This document shows, piece after piece, positions 1 through 11,599 of a stretch of 64,000 bases of DNA (position 1 is the stretch's first letter; each line of letters starts with the position of its first letter). The stretch covers positions 5,895-69,894 of the forward strand of contig JAFGJS010000037.1 of assembly GCA_016928995.1 (NCBI GenBank), given 5' to 3'. The translations under genes were made by a program, and so were the position numbers. The notes beneath the pieces were generated by a model. That model had not been told where the DNA came from. It searched no databases and saw only the letters and a list, made by a program, of their open reading frames with translations. The DNA comes from Candidatus Sumerlaeota bacterium. Its GTDB lineage: Bacteria > Sumerlaeota > Sumerlaeia > JAFGJS01.

Positions 1-1785
1 CATGCAATCATCGCCAGCGACGACAACCTTTTTTACAACATCATCGTGCAGAACGAGAAATTGGAGATCATCTACAAGTTTGGCGAGCAAGAACTGCAGG
101 AGATGAAGAAGACCGCAGGCGAAGAATACCTGCTGAAAACTCAACGCTTTAATACATATAAAAACTGTCTTTTCCTGCGAGGCTTCGAAGGCGTTTCAGG
201 CGGCTACATCGAGGACGGCAACGGCAATAAGCTGGGCCGTACGAGAATTTACTACACCACGCCGCCGAGCGAGGAATCGATCGAACTGCTCACGGAAAAA
301 TTCCGTTGGATCAGTTTGGGGATCGTGACGGGAATCGGATTGATTTATTTCTATCTGGTTTGGTTTCTCTTTCTGCCCGTGAAGCGCGTCGCCTCGCGCG
401 TCGACGAAGTGCAGCAGCGCAATCCGCGCATCCTGCCCCGGCCCAAGTCGCTGCTGGAACGGCAATACAACACGCTCGCGCGCGATTCGCTGATGACGGC
501 GATCAGCACTAGCCATGCGCAGTTGCTGTCGCAGAGTCGTCTGCCGGATCTGCAGGAGATGTTCAGTCAAATCGACCGGCTTATCATGCGCCATCTGCTG
601 TTGGAATCCATCGCTTTTTTCTCGGTGGAGCTCTCCGCCAGGAAAGCGCCGGTCAACTTCCAGCAAGTCACTCCGCCGGAAAGCGAACTCGACTTTATTG
701 TGCAGTATAAAATCGACCGCAAGCGTCGCGAGCAGATCGTGGAGGAATGCCTGAAGAGCGCGTCGTCCGGCGACAACAAATCCTTCCGCGCCTTTTTCGT
801 TCCCGGACGCTCCAACATTATCGCCGGATTGATCCGCATGCATCGCGGCCAGCGTTATTTCGAACTGGCGTTGTGCTGTTTGCCCCGGCGCATCAGCGGC
901 GAAATGCGGAACTGGCTGCTCGAATCGCTGGCGCAGATCTGCCAGAACATTCATGGCGGCTTGCGTGTGCTGGAGGCGCAGAAGAATTTAATCTTTACGG
1001 AAAAACGTCAGGCCAACATCAACCTTTCCCGGCAACTGGGGCATGACCTGACCAACGTGATCGCCACCAGCAAACTGGACCTGACCACGACGCGCATGTT
1101 TCTCAAGACTCCGGAAATGCAGAGCCTGGAATCGCCGCGCTTTATGATGTTCAAAAAGTCGATCGAGCATTTGGAAAACAACACGCGGTTTTTGCAGGAA
1201 ATCGTCAATATTTACCGCGCCTTCTCTTACATCAAGCATCCGCGCTATGAAGAGGTGCAGCTGAATGAACTGCTGGAGAACATCTGCCAGATTTTCCGGC
1301 TGTCCACCTCGCAGCGCTTCACCATCAACACCCGCTTCGATTCCGGCATGCCGCGCTGCAACCTGGAGGTGCGGCTGATCAAACTGGCGGTTTTCAACAT
1401 CCTGAACAATGCCGTGGAGGCGCTGAAACGAAAGGAGGATCAACAGTCCGAGGAGGCGATCACCGTGGAGACGCGGCATAAAACCGAAACCAAGGAAGCG
1501 GCCGTGCTGATCAGCGACACCGGTCCCGGCATTCGAGACGCCGCGGGAAACTTGTTGCAACCGGACGATTTGGAAAATATATTTGAACTAGGCGTTACAA
1601 CCAAAGCGGAAGATACGCCGGGCGAAGGTCTCGGATTGAATTGGGTGAAGACCATCGTAATGGATTTTCACAAGGGTTCCATCCAGGCTCATAATCTGGA
1701 CCGCGGCGGCGCGATGCTGCAAATCACGCTTTCCACGCAGCTGCCCGCGGGAGACTATCCCCAGCGCGAAGCCGCGACGAAATGA
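1..1785 (+). CDS. Sensor histidine kinase, probably 5'-partial. The track ORF is 46..1785, but the same frame is open back to base 1.
   Basis: The C-terminal HATPase_c motifs are visible (NILNNAVEA, DTGPGI, GEGLGL). A single TM helix follows a short N-terminal segment. Frame 1 has no stop from position 1. A receiver-domain gene follows 18 bp downstream. Confidence 0.8.
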   Translation, partial: HAIIASDDNLFYNIIVQNEKLEIIYKFGEQELQEMKKTAGEEYLLKTQRFNTYKNCLFLRGFEGVSGGYIEDGNGNKLGRTRIYYTTPPSEESIELLTEKFRWISLGIVTGIGLIYFYLVWFLFLPVKRVASRVDEVQQRNPRILPRPKSLLERQYNTLARDSLMTAISTSHAQLLSQSRLPDLQEMFSQIDRLIMRHLLLESIAFFSVELSARKAPVNFQQVTPPESELDFIVQYKIDRKRREQIVEECLKSASSGDNKSFRAFFVPGRSNIIAGLIRMHRGQRYFELALCCLPRRISGEMRNWLLESLAQICQNIHGGLRVLEAQKNLIFTEKRQANINLSRQLGHDLTNVIATSKLDLTTTRMFLKTPEMQSLESPRFMMFKKSIEHLENNTRFLQEIVNIYRAFSYIKHPRYEEVQLNELLENICQIFRLSTSQRFTINTRFDSGMPRCNLEVRLIKLAVFNILNNAVEALKRKEDQQSEEAITVETRHKTETKEAAVLISDTGPGIRDAAGNLLQPDDLENIFELGVTTKAEDTPGEGLGLNWVKTIVMDFHKGSIQAHNLDRGGAMLQITLSTQLPAGDYPQREAATK

Positions 1786-1803
1786 CAACCGGAGCGCAAT
1801 TCC

Positions 1804-3093
1804 ATGTCCAACAACGACATTCCCGTGCTCATCGTGGATGACAATCAAAGCTACCGTGAAGCCTTCACGCGCAACCTGGCGATGATGGAATTCGACGTCA
1901 AGGAGGCCGATAACAGCGAGGAGGCGCTGCGTATTCTGGATGACCAGGGTCCGATGGTCGTGGTCACCGACCTGCAGATGCGCACGGAGACCGAAGGGCT
2001 GGATTTGATCAAGACCGCGCGCGATCGTTTCCCGCTGCTGCCGATGATCATGATTTCCGCCGTCGGCACGTTCGAGGAAGGCGCGCTCGCTCAGAAGCTC
2101 GGCGCGGATCACGTGATCCACAAGAGCACCATCGAAGACGAGATCGAAACGCTTTATGAGCGCATCAAGCAATCATACCAGGCTTTTGTGAAAAACGACC
2201 GTCTGCTGGCGCGAATTAATGAACTGCGCGGCAAGGAGGCGCTGACTCCGGAGGACGACGCGGAGCTGGTGGAGATCATGCTGCGCCCGGATATCGACTC
2301 GCTGGTCAAAGGCGAGGCTTACGATCTGCGCACGTCGCAGCAAAGCACGCAACTGCTTTCCAGCACCGAGAAAGACGTGCGGCAGGCGATGGGGGAGGGG
2401 GAGAGCGTCGTCACTTCGCTGGCTGAAATCGACAAGTTGTTGCTGGAGGAACTTCCGCATTACGAAAGTTTGGAGCAGGAATCGAAAAATCAGATTCAAT
2501 CGGCGGAGTTTCTCTACCAGCAGCAAGTGCGCGGCAAGGGGGCCTATGACTTCAGCCGCAGCATCGGCTTTTCCTTCTGCTTCGCCGTGGAGAACGAGGT
2601 GAAATCGACGCTGAAGCGGAAAATCCACCGTTTCCTGAGCCATGACGACACGTATCAGCTGATCGAAAAACTGCTCGACGACAAGCGCAAGAACCTGGAC
2701 ATCTTTTTCCATCAGTACCTGCTGCAAACGGCGCTGAACAACAATGAGATGGAAATCACCACGGAGAACGTGAAGCAGACCTTGCAGCGGATCCTGCAGC
2801 ACCAGGTGCGCTACAAACCCGACGGCCTGAAGGCCGTGGGCATCATGCTGATCTGCTTCGGGCAGGAATATAACCTGCGCGTGATGCGCGGCGCGGTCAA
2901 GGTGGAGAATCCGCTCGGAATGAAATTCGCCGACGGCAGCGACAGCACCGTGGAGGCGCTCGCCGAGAAGCTCATTGCGCTGCAGCACTTCCGCAATCCG
3001 TACATCCACCCGGAAATCTCCGACATGCAGAACATCTCCAAAGTGCGCGATTGCGCCTTCGACTGCCTGAAGGTGATTAAAGACATCATCTGA
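1804..3093 (+). CDS. Response regulator: N-terminal receiver (REC) domain plus an unrecognised C-terminal domain of about 300 aa.
   Basis: The N-terminus (VLIVDDNQSYRE...VVVTDLQM...MISA) is typical of a CheY-like receiver. It lies immediately downstream of the histidine kinase. Confidence 0.75.
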   Translation: MSNNDIPVLIVDDNQSYREAFTRNLAMMEFDVKEADNSEEALRILDDQGPMVVVTDLQMRTETEGLDLIKTARDRFPLLPMIMISAVGTFEEGALAQKLGADHVIHKSTIEDEIETLYERIKQSYQAFVKNDRLLARINELRGKEALTPEDDAELVEIMLRPDIDSLVKGEAYDLRTSQQSTQLLSSTEKDVRQAMGEGESVVTSLAEIDKLLLEELPHYESLEQESKNQIQSAEFLYQQQVRGKGAYDFSRSIGFSFCFAVENEVKSTLKRKIHRFLSHDDTYQLIEKLLDDKRKNLDIFFHQYLLQTALNNNEMEITTENVKQTLQRILQHQVRYKPDGLKAVGIMLICFGQEYNLRVMRGAVKVENPLGMKFADGSDSTVEALAEKLIALQHFRNPYIHPEISDMQNISKVRDCAFDCLKVIKDII

Positions 3094-3183
3094 TCCCGCA
3101 ATCATGGAGCGATGAGAATGAAGAAAGAATCGCTATCATCAAATATCATGGCCGAATCCAAATAAAAACGGTGGCAACACGAC

Positions 3184-3702
3184 ATGAAGCAAATTGTCAA
3201 AACAGAAGACATTGCACCGATGATCCACTGGATTCGTCAGGAGAAGGTCATGCTTGATCGTGATCTTGCTGACTTATATGGGGTTGAAACACGGACGTTA
3301 AAGCAGGCTGTTCGCCGTAATTTGGATCGGTTCCCCGAAGATTTCATGTTCAAACTCGAGGATTCCGAAGTTGAAGCTCTGGTGTCACAAAATGTGATAC
3401 CTTCCAAAGGCATCTTCGGCGGCGCCGTGCCGATGGCATTCACTGAACAGGGCGTTGCCATGCTTTCCAGCGTGCTACGCAGCAAGCGCGCCACGGAAGT
3501 CAACATTGCCATCATGCGAACATTCGTTCAACTCCGGCGCCTGATGGACAGCAATCGGGAATTGGCGAAAAAAATCAATCAATTAGAGAAAAAATACGAT
3601 GAACAATTTTCGTTAGTCTTCCAGGCGATCAAACAACTTTTAGCCGAAGACGAAGCGCGAAAACAGAAACCAAAGCGACGAATCGGTTTCAACCAGGAAT
3701 GA
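3184..3702 (+). CDS. ORF6N / KilA-N-like DNA-binding domain protein; probably phage-derived and horizontally acquired.
   Basis: It contains the ORF6N-family signature (MLDRDLADLYGVETRTLKQAVRRNLDRFPEDFMFKL). It is visibly AT-richer than its neighbours. Confidence 0.7.
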   Translation: MKQIVKTEDIAPMIHWIRQEKVMLDRDLADLYGVETRTLKQAVRRNLDRFPEDFMFKLEDSEVEALVSQNVIPSKGIFGGAVPMAFTEQGVAMLSSVLRSKRATEVNIAIMRTFVQLRRLMDSNRELAKKINQLEKKYDEQFSLVFQAIKQLLAEDEARKQKPKRRIGFNQE

Positions 3703-3824
3703 TCCACACGACCATACGATAGTGTCTTGGATAATAGGACGAATTCGAACAAGAAAACCACCGTCGTTAAACCGCAGAATTTCAAACATTAGAAGTACGA
3801 AGAGCTGAAGGAAAGACTGAATTG

Positions 3825-4124
3825 TCAATCGGTTGATTGGGCGTCGCCGGTCTTGGCGTCTTCTTCGCGCAAGGCGGCTTGGAGCTGGGCGCGGAGTTGC
3901 TCTTTGAATTCCGGCGAGAGGCGCTGTTCTGAGGGGGGATCGAACGATTGGACCGCCTCCATGTAACGCGCCACGAGCATTGCGAGCTGATTCGTCTGGT
4001 TCTCGTATCGCCGGCATAGCAAGCATTGGCGCGAGTGAAACCACAATGCGATGCGCTGGAACAGCGACAGTTTACGATCTAAAGCCTGCGAAACGAGTTC
4101 CGCGGCCTGTTTGCAATTCATCAT
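3825..4124 (-). CDS. Zinc-type (ZAS, RsrA/ChrR-like) anti-sigma factor.
   Basis: It is 99 aa and carries an HxxxCxxC motif (FHSRQCLLC) plus an N-terminal Cys. Its start overlaps the stop of the upstream ECF sigma gene by 4 nt. Confidence 0.7.
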   Translation of the reverse strand: MMNCKQAAELVSQALDRKLSLFQRIALWFHSRQCLLCRRYENQTNQLAMLVARYMEAVQSFDPPSEQRLSPEFKEQLRAQLQAALREEDAKTGDAQSTD

Positions 4125-4723
4125 TGCCCTTCGTCCCCTTCATGACCAAACCAGTTCTGCTCCAGGCACCCCCGCAGGCGCGCGCGGGACCGGTGCAGCA
4201 TCACCCATAAATTGGTAGGAGTCACATCCAGAACCTTACAAATCTCTTCTGTTTTCATGCCGTCGATCATTCGCAGGCTGAAGGCCTGGCTCAGGCGCTC
4301 CGGCAGCTTGCCAAGGCAGCGGTCCAGCTGCTCCCAGAACTGCTTGCGCTCCATCAGCTCCGCTGGATTCGCGTTCCACTCCGCTGGGGCGAATTCGTCT
4401 TTCCAGTGGCCCCTCTGGTCGAAGAGGAAATCCACATCCTGCTCATCGCTTTCAAACTCGCTGGCCGGACGTTCGCGTTGTGCTTTGCGGATGTAATCCA
4501 CGATTTTATGCTTCATGATGCCCGTGAGCCAGGTGCGCTCGGTGGATTTGCCGGAGAAATTGTCGCGGGCGCGGATGGCCGCGAGCAGCGTCTCCTGCAC
4601 GATGTCCTGCGCCGTTTCCTCGTTGCGCAGGCGCGACATCGCAAAGCGGAAAAGATAATCGCCGTGCTGATCGATCCAGGTTTCCGGATCGGATATATTT
4701 GATTTTGTTGTTGGCCCCGTCAT
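4121..4723 (-). CDS. ECF-type RNA polymerase sigma-70 family sigma factor.
   Basis: Region 2 and region 4 sigma-70 motifs are present (DIVQETLLAAI, TWLTGI, KVLDVTPTNLWVMLHRSRARL). It is translationally coupled to the anti-sigma gene. Confidence 0.85.
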   Translation of the reverse strand: MTGPTTKSNISDPETWIDQHGDYLFRFAMSRLRNEETAQDIVQETLLAAIRARDNFSGKSTERTWLTGIMKHKIVDYIRKAQRERPASEFESDEQDVDFLFDQRGHWKDEFAPAEWNANPAELMERKQFWEQLDRCLGKLPERLSQAFSLRMIDGMKTEEICKVLDVTPTNLWVMLHRSRARLRGCLEQNWFGHEGDEGQ

Positions 4724-4873
4724 TGCTTAATACCGCCTATATTCAATGGCGCCGTGTGTTGTGCATATGCAAGGGTGTGTTTTTCTTTCACTCCGCCCTT
4801 ATCTCGCATAATCTCTAAAATTAAATAAACGTTTTATGGCAACGCGCTTTGGGCTGCAAGCAAAATCGGCACA

Positions 4874-6304
4874 TCAAAACGCGCCGTGGCCGAAAAGCAC
4901 GGCTGGAACCGTGCGCAGAATGATCATGATGTCCAGCAGGATCGAATGGTTTTTGATGTAATAAAGGTCGTATTCCATATTGAGTTCGAGCGGCAGGTTC
5001 TTGCGGCCGATGATTTGCCAGAGACCTGTCACTCCGGGCTTTACGCTGAGCCGGTAGCGCTGCCATTGGTCGTATTTTTCCACGATAAACGGCATCTCCG
5101 GCCGCGGCCCTACGAGGCTCATTTCTCCGCGCACCACGTTCCAGAGCTGCGGGAATTCATCCAGGCTGTATTTGCGCAGGAAGCGGCCGATTTTCGTGAT
5201 GCGCGCATCCTCGGGATTCGTCGGCGCCTCTTCATATTGCGGCGCATGCAGGTGCATCGTGCGGAATTTGTACATCGTGAAGCGCCGGCCGCGATGCCCC
5301 ACGCGTTCCTGTTTGAAGATCGCCGGGCCTTTTGAAGTCCATTTGATCAGCAGCGCCACGGGGATCATCCAGAGCAGCGAGGCCAGCAGCAGCGGAATGG
5401 AAATCGCCAGGTCCATTGCGCGTTTGATGAACGCCTGGGAGCCGGGCATGCCGCCGGCCGGGAGGCTGTGCACGGGCACCTCGGCCATCACATCGAGCCG
5501 CGATTGGTTCGTGATCACTTCGAACGCGTGGCTGACCACGTAAAAATGCACCTGTTGCTGATCGCATTCCACGATCAGATTCAGCATCCGGGATTGCGGC
5601 ATGCTGGGGATGGCGATGAACACGACTTCGATGCCATGCGCCTCCACCAACCGGCGCAGTTCCTGGGTCGCTCCAAGCACAGGCACGTCGTTGATGCGCT
5701 CGGTTTGCAGGCCGGGATCGTCATCGACGAAGCCAATGATCCGGTAGCCGACTTCGGAATGCTGGCGGATGCGGTTCAGCACATCGCGTCCGGTCTGGCC
5801 CGCGCCCACGACAAGCGTTTTGAGCATTCCCTCGCCGTGTTGAAACGCCACGGCCTTGCGCCAGCGCAGGATAGAGCGCGAGGAATAGAGGTAGATGAAA
5901 TTCATCACGGCGTAGATCAGCACGATCGAGCGCCCCAGGTCGTATTCCTTGAGCAGGAAAGCCAGCGCGAAGGTGCAGACCGCCACGTTGAACGAGGCTT
6001 TGAAGACGCGAGTCAACTCGTTCAGGCCCGAGAGCCGCTCCCGGTGCGCGTAATGGCCGTAATAGGCGTAAATCGCCAGCCAGCAGATGAGCAGAACCGG
6101 CATGGAGCGGATATAACTGGCGAGAAGATTAATGTGCTGCGTGATGATCGGCAACGAGCCGTCATCCGGCGCGGGATTGAGCAGATAACGGATCCACCAT
6201 GACAGCATCCACAGCGCGGTGAGGGAAACCGCGTCGAGGATCACGAGAACCAGAGTCAGCCTGGGGCTGCGAAAAAAAGATTTCATGGCGCTGTCAGCCG
6301 TCAT
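4874..6304 (-). CDS. Undecaprenyl-phosphate sugar phosphotransferase (WbaP / exopolysaccharide polyprenyl glycosylphosphotransferase family).
   Basis: It has N-terminal TM helices and a central NAD-binding-like segment. The C-terminal bacterial sugar transferase motif is present (DEFPQLWNVVRGEMSLVGPRPE). Confidence 0.85.
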   Translation of the reverse strand: MTADSAMKSFFRSPRLTLVLVILDAVSLTALWMLSWWIRYLLNPAPDDGSLPIITQHINLLASYIRSMPVLLICWLAIYAYYGHYAHRERLSGLNELTRVFKASFNVAVCTFALAFLLKEYDLGRSIVLIYAVMNFIYLYSSRSILRWRKAVAFQHGEGMLKTLVVGAGQTGRDVLNRIRQHSEVGYRIIGFVDDDPGLQTERINDVPVLGATQELRRLVEAHGIEVVFIAIPSMPQSRMLNLIVECDQQQVHFYVVSHAFEVITNQSRLDVMAEVPVHSLPAGGMPGSQAFIKRAMDLAISIPLLLASLLWMIPVALLIKWTSKGPAIFKQERVGHRGRRFTMYKFRTMHLHAPQYEEAPTNPEDARITKIGRFLRKYSLDEFPQLWNVVRGEMSLVGPRPEMPFIVEKYDQWQRYRLSVKPGVTGLWQIIGRKNLPLELNMEYDLYYIKNHSILLDIMIILRTVPAVLFGHGAF

Positions 6305-6426
6305 TCAACACATGCATTGGGATAGTCGCTTATGTCCAACGAATCTAATGGGGTGGATTCAGACGGTCAAACCAAAACATTGCGTGCGCTCCGAATTGCG
6401 CGGCGCGGGAGCATGTCCGGTTTTTT

Positions 6427-6753
6427 TTATCCGAACGGATTTTCCGAGTGGCTGCCGCCCAGGCTGTTGCGCAATCCGCGAACGCCGCGCCGCATCTCGT
6501 AGCGCAGGTTGTGCAGCGAGCGCACCATCGACATCTTCCAGCATGGTTCGAATTGCGGACAGTGAAAGCATTTCTCCCGGTCTTCATGTTCGGACGTGCC
6601 GAAGTCGTCGAACCAGCCGAAACTGATGCCGAAGCACTCCGGCATCTCCTGATCCGCTCGCGCTTGCTTTTCCATGTGCATCCCCCTTCCGCTTTGAATT
6701 GCACTGGCGTCATTGGAAGGCGCCATCATAACGAAAGAGTCCGGCGCCGTCAA
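6427..6753 (-). CDS. Small Cys-rich hypothetical protein (CFHCPQFEPC); the likely true start is the internal MHMEKQ at about 6681.
   Basis: The ORF has genome-like GC content. Four Cys are spaced as in a zinc ribbon. It sits directly downstream of fusA, where tuf would normally be. Confidence 0.3.
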   Translation of the reverse strand: MTAPDSFVMMAPSNDASAIQSGRGMHMEKQARADQEMPECFGISFGWFDDFGTSEHEDREKCFHCPQFEPCWKMSMVRSLHNLRYEMRRGVRGLRNSLGGSHSENPFG

Positions 6754-6775
6754 CCGCAGCGCGGATCATGGCATG

Positions 6776-6825
6776 AAAAAACGGCGCGCGGATCGATGAT
6801 ACTCCGCGCGCCGTTCGCATTTTTA
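6776..6825 (-). terminator. Rho-independent terminator, probably bidirectional, downstream of fusA.
   Basis: A perfect 12-13 bp GC-rich inverted repeat (ACGGCGCGCGGA...TCCGCGCGCCGT) is flanked by an A-run on one side and a T-run on the other. Confidence 0.6.
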
Positions 6826-6838
6826 TATCACGCTGTTG

Positions 6839-8938
<2,100 letters not shown>

Positions 8939-8949
8939 TGAATTGTCTC

Positions 8950-9045
8950 TCCAAATTTATAATGATTCTTTATCTTAATTCTAATCTTAATCGTAATCCC
9001 GAAAAGCGTCTAAGGGTCTGGGGGCTAGGGTCTGGGGTTTAGTGA
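8950..9045. repeat. Two short tandem repeats in the fusA leader: a CTTAATTCTAATCTTAATCGTAATCC block and two copies of TAGGGTCTGGGG.
   Basis: Seen directly. The first block is the reverse complement of the GATTAGGATTAGGATTAAG motif at 27985. Confidence 0.45.
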
Positions 9046-9136
9046 TAGATCAGCTGGCGTCGTGATTTCAAAATGATCATTGAATGCAAAGTCAGAAATC
9101 CGGCCCAATGGCCGGTTGTTGTTGCGTCAGACAATA

Positions 9137-9175
9137 ACAAGGCGCGCCATGTTTTGGCGCGCCTTGTTGATATAT
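9137..9175 (-). terminator. Hairpin terminator or attenuator between rpsG and fusA.
   Basis: A perfect 11-bp inverted repeat (CAAGGCGCGCC atgtttt GGCGCGCCTTG) lies about 30 nt downstream of the rpsG stop. The tail is only moderately T-rich. Confidence 0.4.
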
Positions 9176-9205
9176 TTACGGCGGCGTTCCGTTTTCTCTC
9201 GCGGC

Positions 9206-9703
<498 letters not shown>

Positions 9704-9741
9704 TTATACTCGTTTGTATGTTCAATCAAAAATAAACGCTG

Positions 9742-10113
<372 letters not shown>

Positions 10114-10249
10114 TCAGTCCACCTAAATCGCTTAAAATCAGCCGGTAGTTGTTGATTTTCCGGCGCAAATAGAAGGGCGATGCTAAGTCCGGCCCCGGAG
10201 CCTGTCAAGCCCTAAATACAGAAAAGATGAGGCTGGCTGGGAGCTTTCT

Positions 10250-10278
10250 CAAGCTTATTAAATGTCAATTAATGTCAA
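10250..10278 (-). promoter_or_regulatory. Candidate sigma-70 promoter for rpsL-rpsG.
   Basis: On the minus strand two adjacent TTGACA hexamers (10263-10268 and 10273-10278) are followed about 15-16 nt later by TAATAA. Confidence 0.3.
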
Positions 10279-10360
10279 TCGATATCGAAATCGGGATCGC
10301 AATCGAAATCGATCCTAAATATCACGGCTGCATTTCGATCCCGATCCCGATTTCGATAGG
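10278..10360. repeat. Imperfect inverted repeat built from ATCGAAATCGGGATCG units, about 26 bp per arm.
   Basis: ATCGAAATCGGGATCGCAATCGAAATCGAT is followed by ATTTCGATCCCGATCCCGATTTCGAT, about 95 nt upstream of the prs start. Confidence 0.5.
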
Positions 10361-10454
10361 GATGGGCCGAGACTTTGGAAAACTCCTGTTTAATTTCTCC
10401 TTCGGCATAATCGGCGGTTGACAAATCCCGGCGCGAGGGGAATGTTAGAACACC

Positions 10455-11489
10455 GTGAGCCTGTGTGATGCGCGAGGCATCCCGGACTTGTTTCGTTTCA
10501 ACCATCCGCTTTCGGGGAGGCGGCCTAACGTGATTGGAGATCGAAAGCTTGTGCTGCTGAGCGGGCGCGCCAGCGCTTCGCTCAGTCAGGAAATCGCGGA
10601 GTACCTCAGCACGCCCCTCGGCGCCGTGCACACCAGCCAGTTCAGCGACGGCGAGATTTTCATCAAAATCGAAGAGAACGTGCGCGGGGCGGACGTCTAT
10701 ATCATTCAATCCACGCATCACCCCAGCAGCGATCATATTATTGAACTTTGCCTGATGATCGACGCCTGCCGGCGGGCCTCGGCCGAACGGATCAACGCGG
10801 TGATCCCTTATTTTGGATACGCCCGGCAGGACCGGAAGACTCAGGGGCGCGTGCCGCTGTCGGCCAAGGTGATCGCCAATATGATCTCCGGCGCCGGGGC
10901 GGACCGGGTCATCACCTGCGATTTGCACACCGGCCAAATCCAGGGCTTTTTCGACATCCCGGTCGATCATCTGTACGCCGGCAAGAGCATCTGCAATTTC
11001 GTCAAGGAGTTCTATCCGCTGGAGAACGCCGTCGTGGTCTCGCCGGACGTGGGCAACGTCAAACGCTCCCGTTCGTATGCCATGCGGCTCAATCTGCCTC
11101 TGGCGATCATCGACAAACGCCGACAGCGCGCCAATCAGTCCGAAGTGATGCACGTCGTTGGCGACGTGGCGGGCAAGACCTGCTACATTTTCGATGATAT
11201 GATCGACACGGGCGGCACGATCTGCAACGCGGTCTATGCGTTGGTGGAGAAAGGCGCGAAGGACATTTACGTGGGTTGTACCCACGCGGTTTTTTCCGGT
11301 TCGGCGCGCGAAAATCTGGGCAAGGCGCCGGTCAAGATGGTTTTTTGCTCGAATACCATCCCGCAGCAGCCATGCAATAAACTCAAGAATTTACAGGTCA
11401 TCAGCGTGGCGCCGTTGCTGGGCGAAACCCTGCGCCGCGTGCATCTCAATCAATCCGTCAGCGAGCTGTTCGGCGGTATGGAACTATAA
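10455..11489 (+). CDS. prs: Ribose-phosphate pyrophosphokinase (PRPP synthetase); the true start is probably the GTG near 10531.
   Basis: LLSGRASASLSQEIAEYL is followed by the PRPP-binding loop and the DLHTGQIQGFFDIPVDHLYA motif. Confidence 0.9.
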   Translation: MSLCDARGIPDLFRFNHPLSGRRPNVIGDRKLVLLSGRASASLSQEIAEYLSTPLGAVHTSQFSDGEIFIKIEENVRGADVYIIQSTHHPSSDHIIELCLMIDACRRASAERINAVIPYFGYARQDRKTQGRVPLSAKVIANMISGAGADRVITCDLHTGQIQGFFDIPVDHLYAGKSICNFVKEFYPLENAVVVSPDVGNVKRSRSYAMRLNLPLAIIDKRRQRANQSEVMHVVGDVAGKTCYIFDDMIDTGGTICNAVYALVEKGAKDIYVGCTHAVFSGSARENLGKAPVKMVFCSNTIPQQPCNKLKNLQVISVAPLLGETLRRVHLNQSVSELFGGMEL

Positions 11490-11599
11490 GCAAATTTATC
11501 GTGGCCTTTTGATTGACACCGGCAGCGTAACGAGCGAAAAATTCCGATCCTCGAATCCAATTTTGGTATGAACGGTCGCAGATAATCGGTCGTGCCATT

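Noticed and set aside
10227-10421. A 64-aa ORF spanning the rpsL/prs intergenic inverted repeat.
   Set aside because: Its reading frame is made of the IEIGIAIEIDP repeat translation of a palindrome, so it is more plausibly regulatory DNA than a gene.
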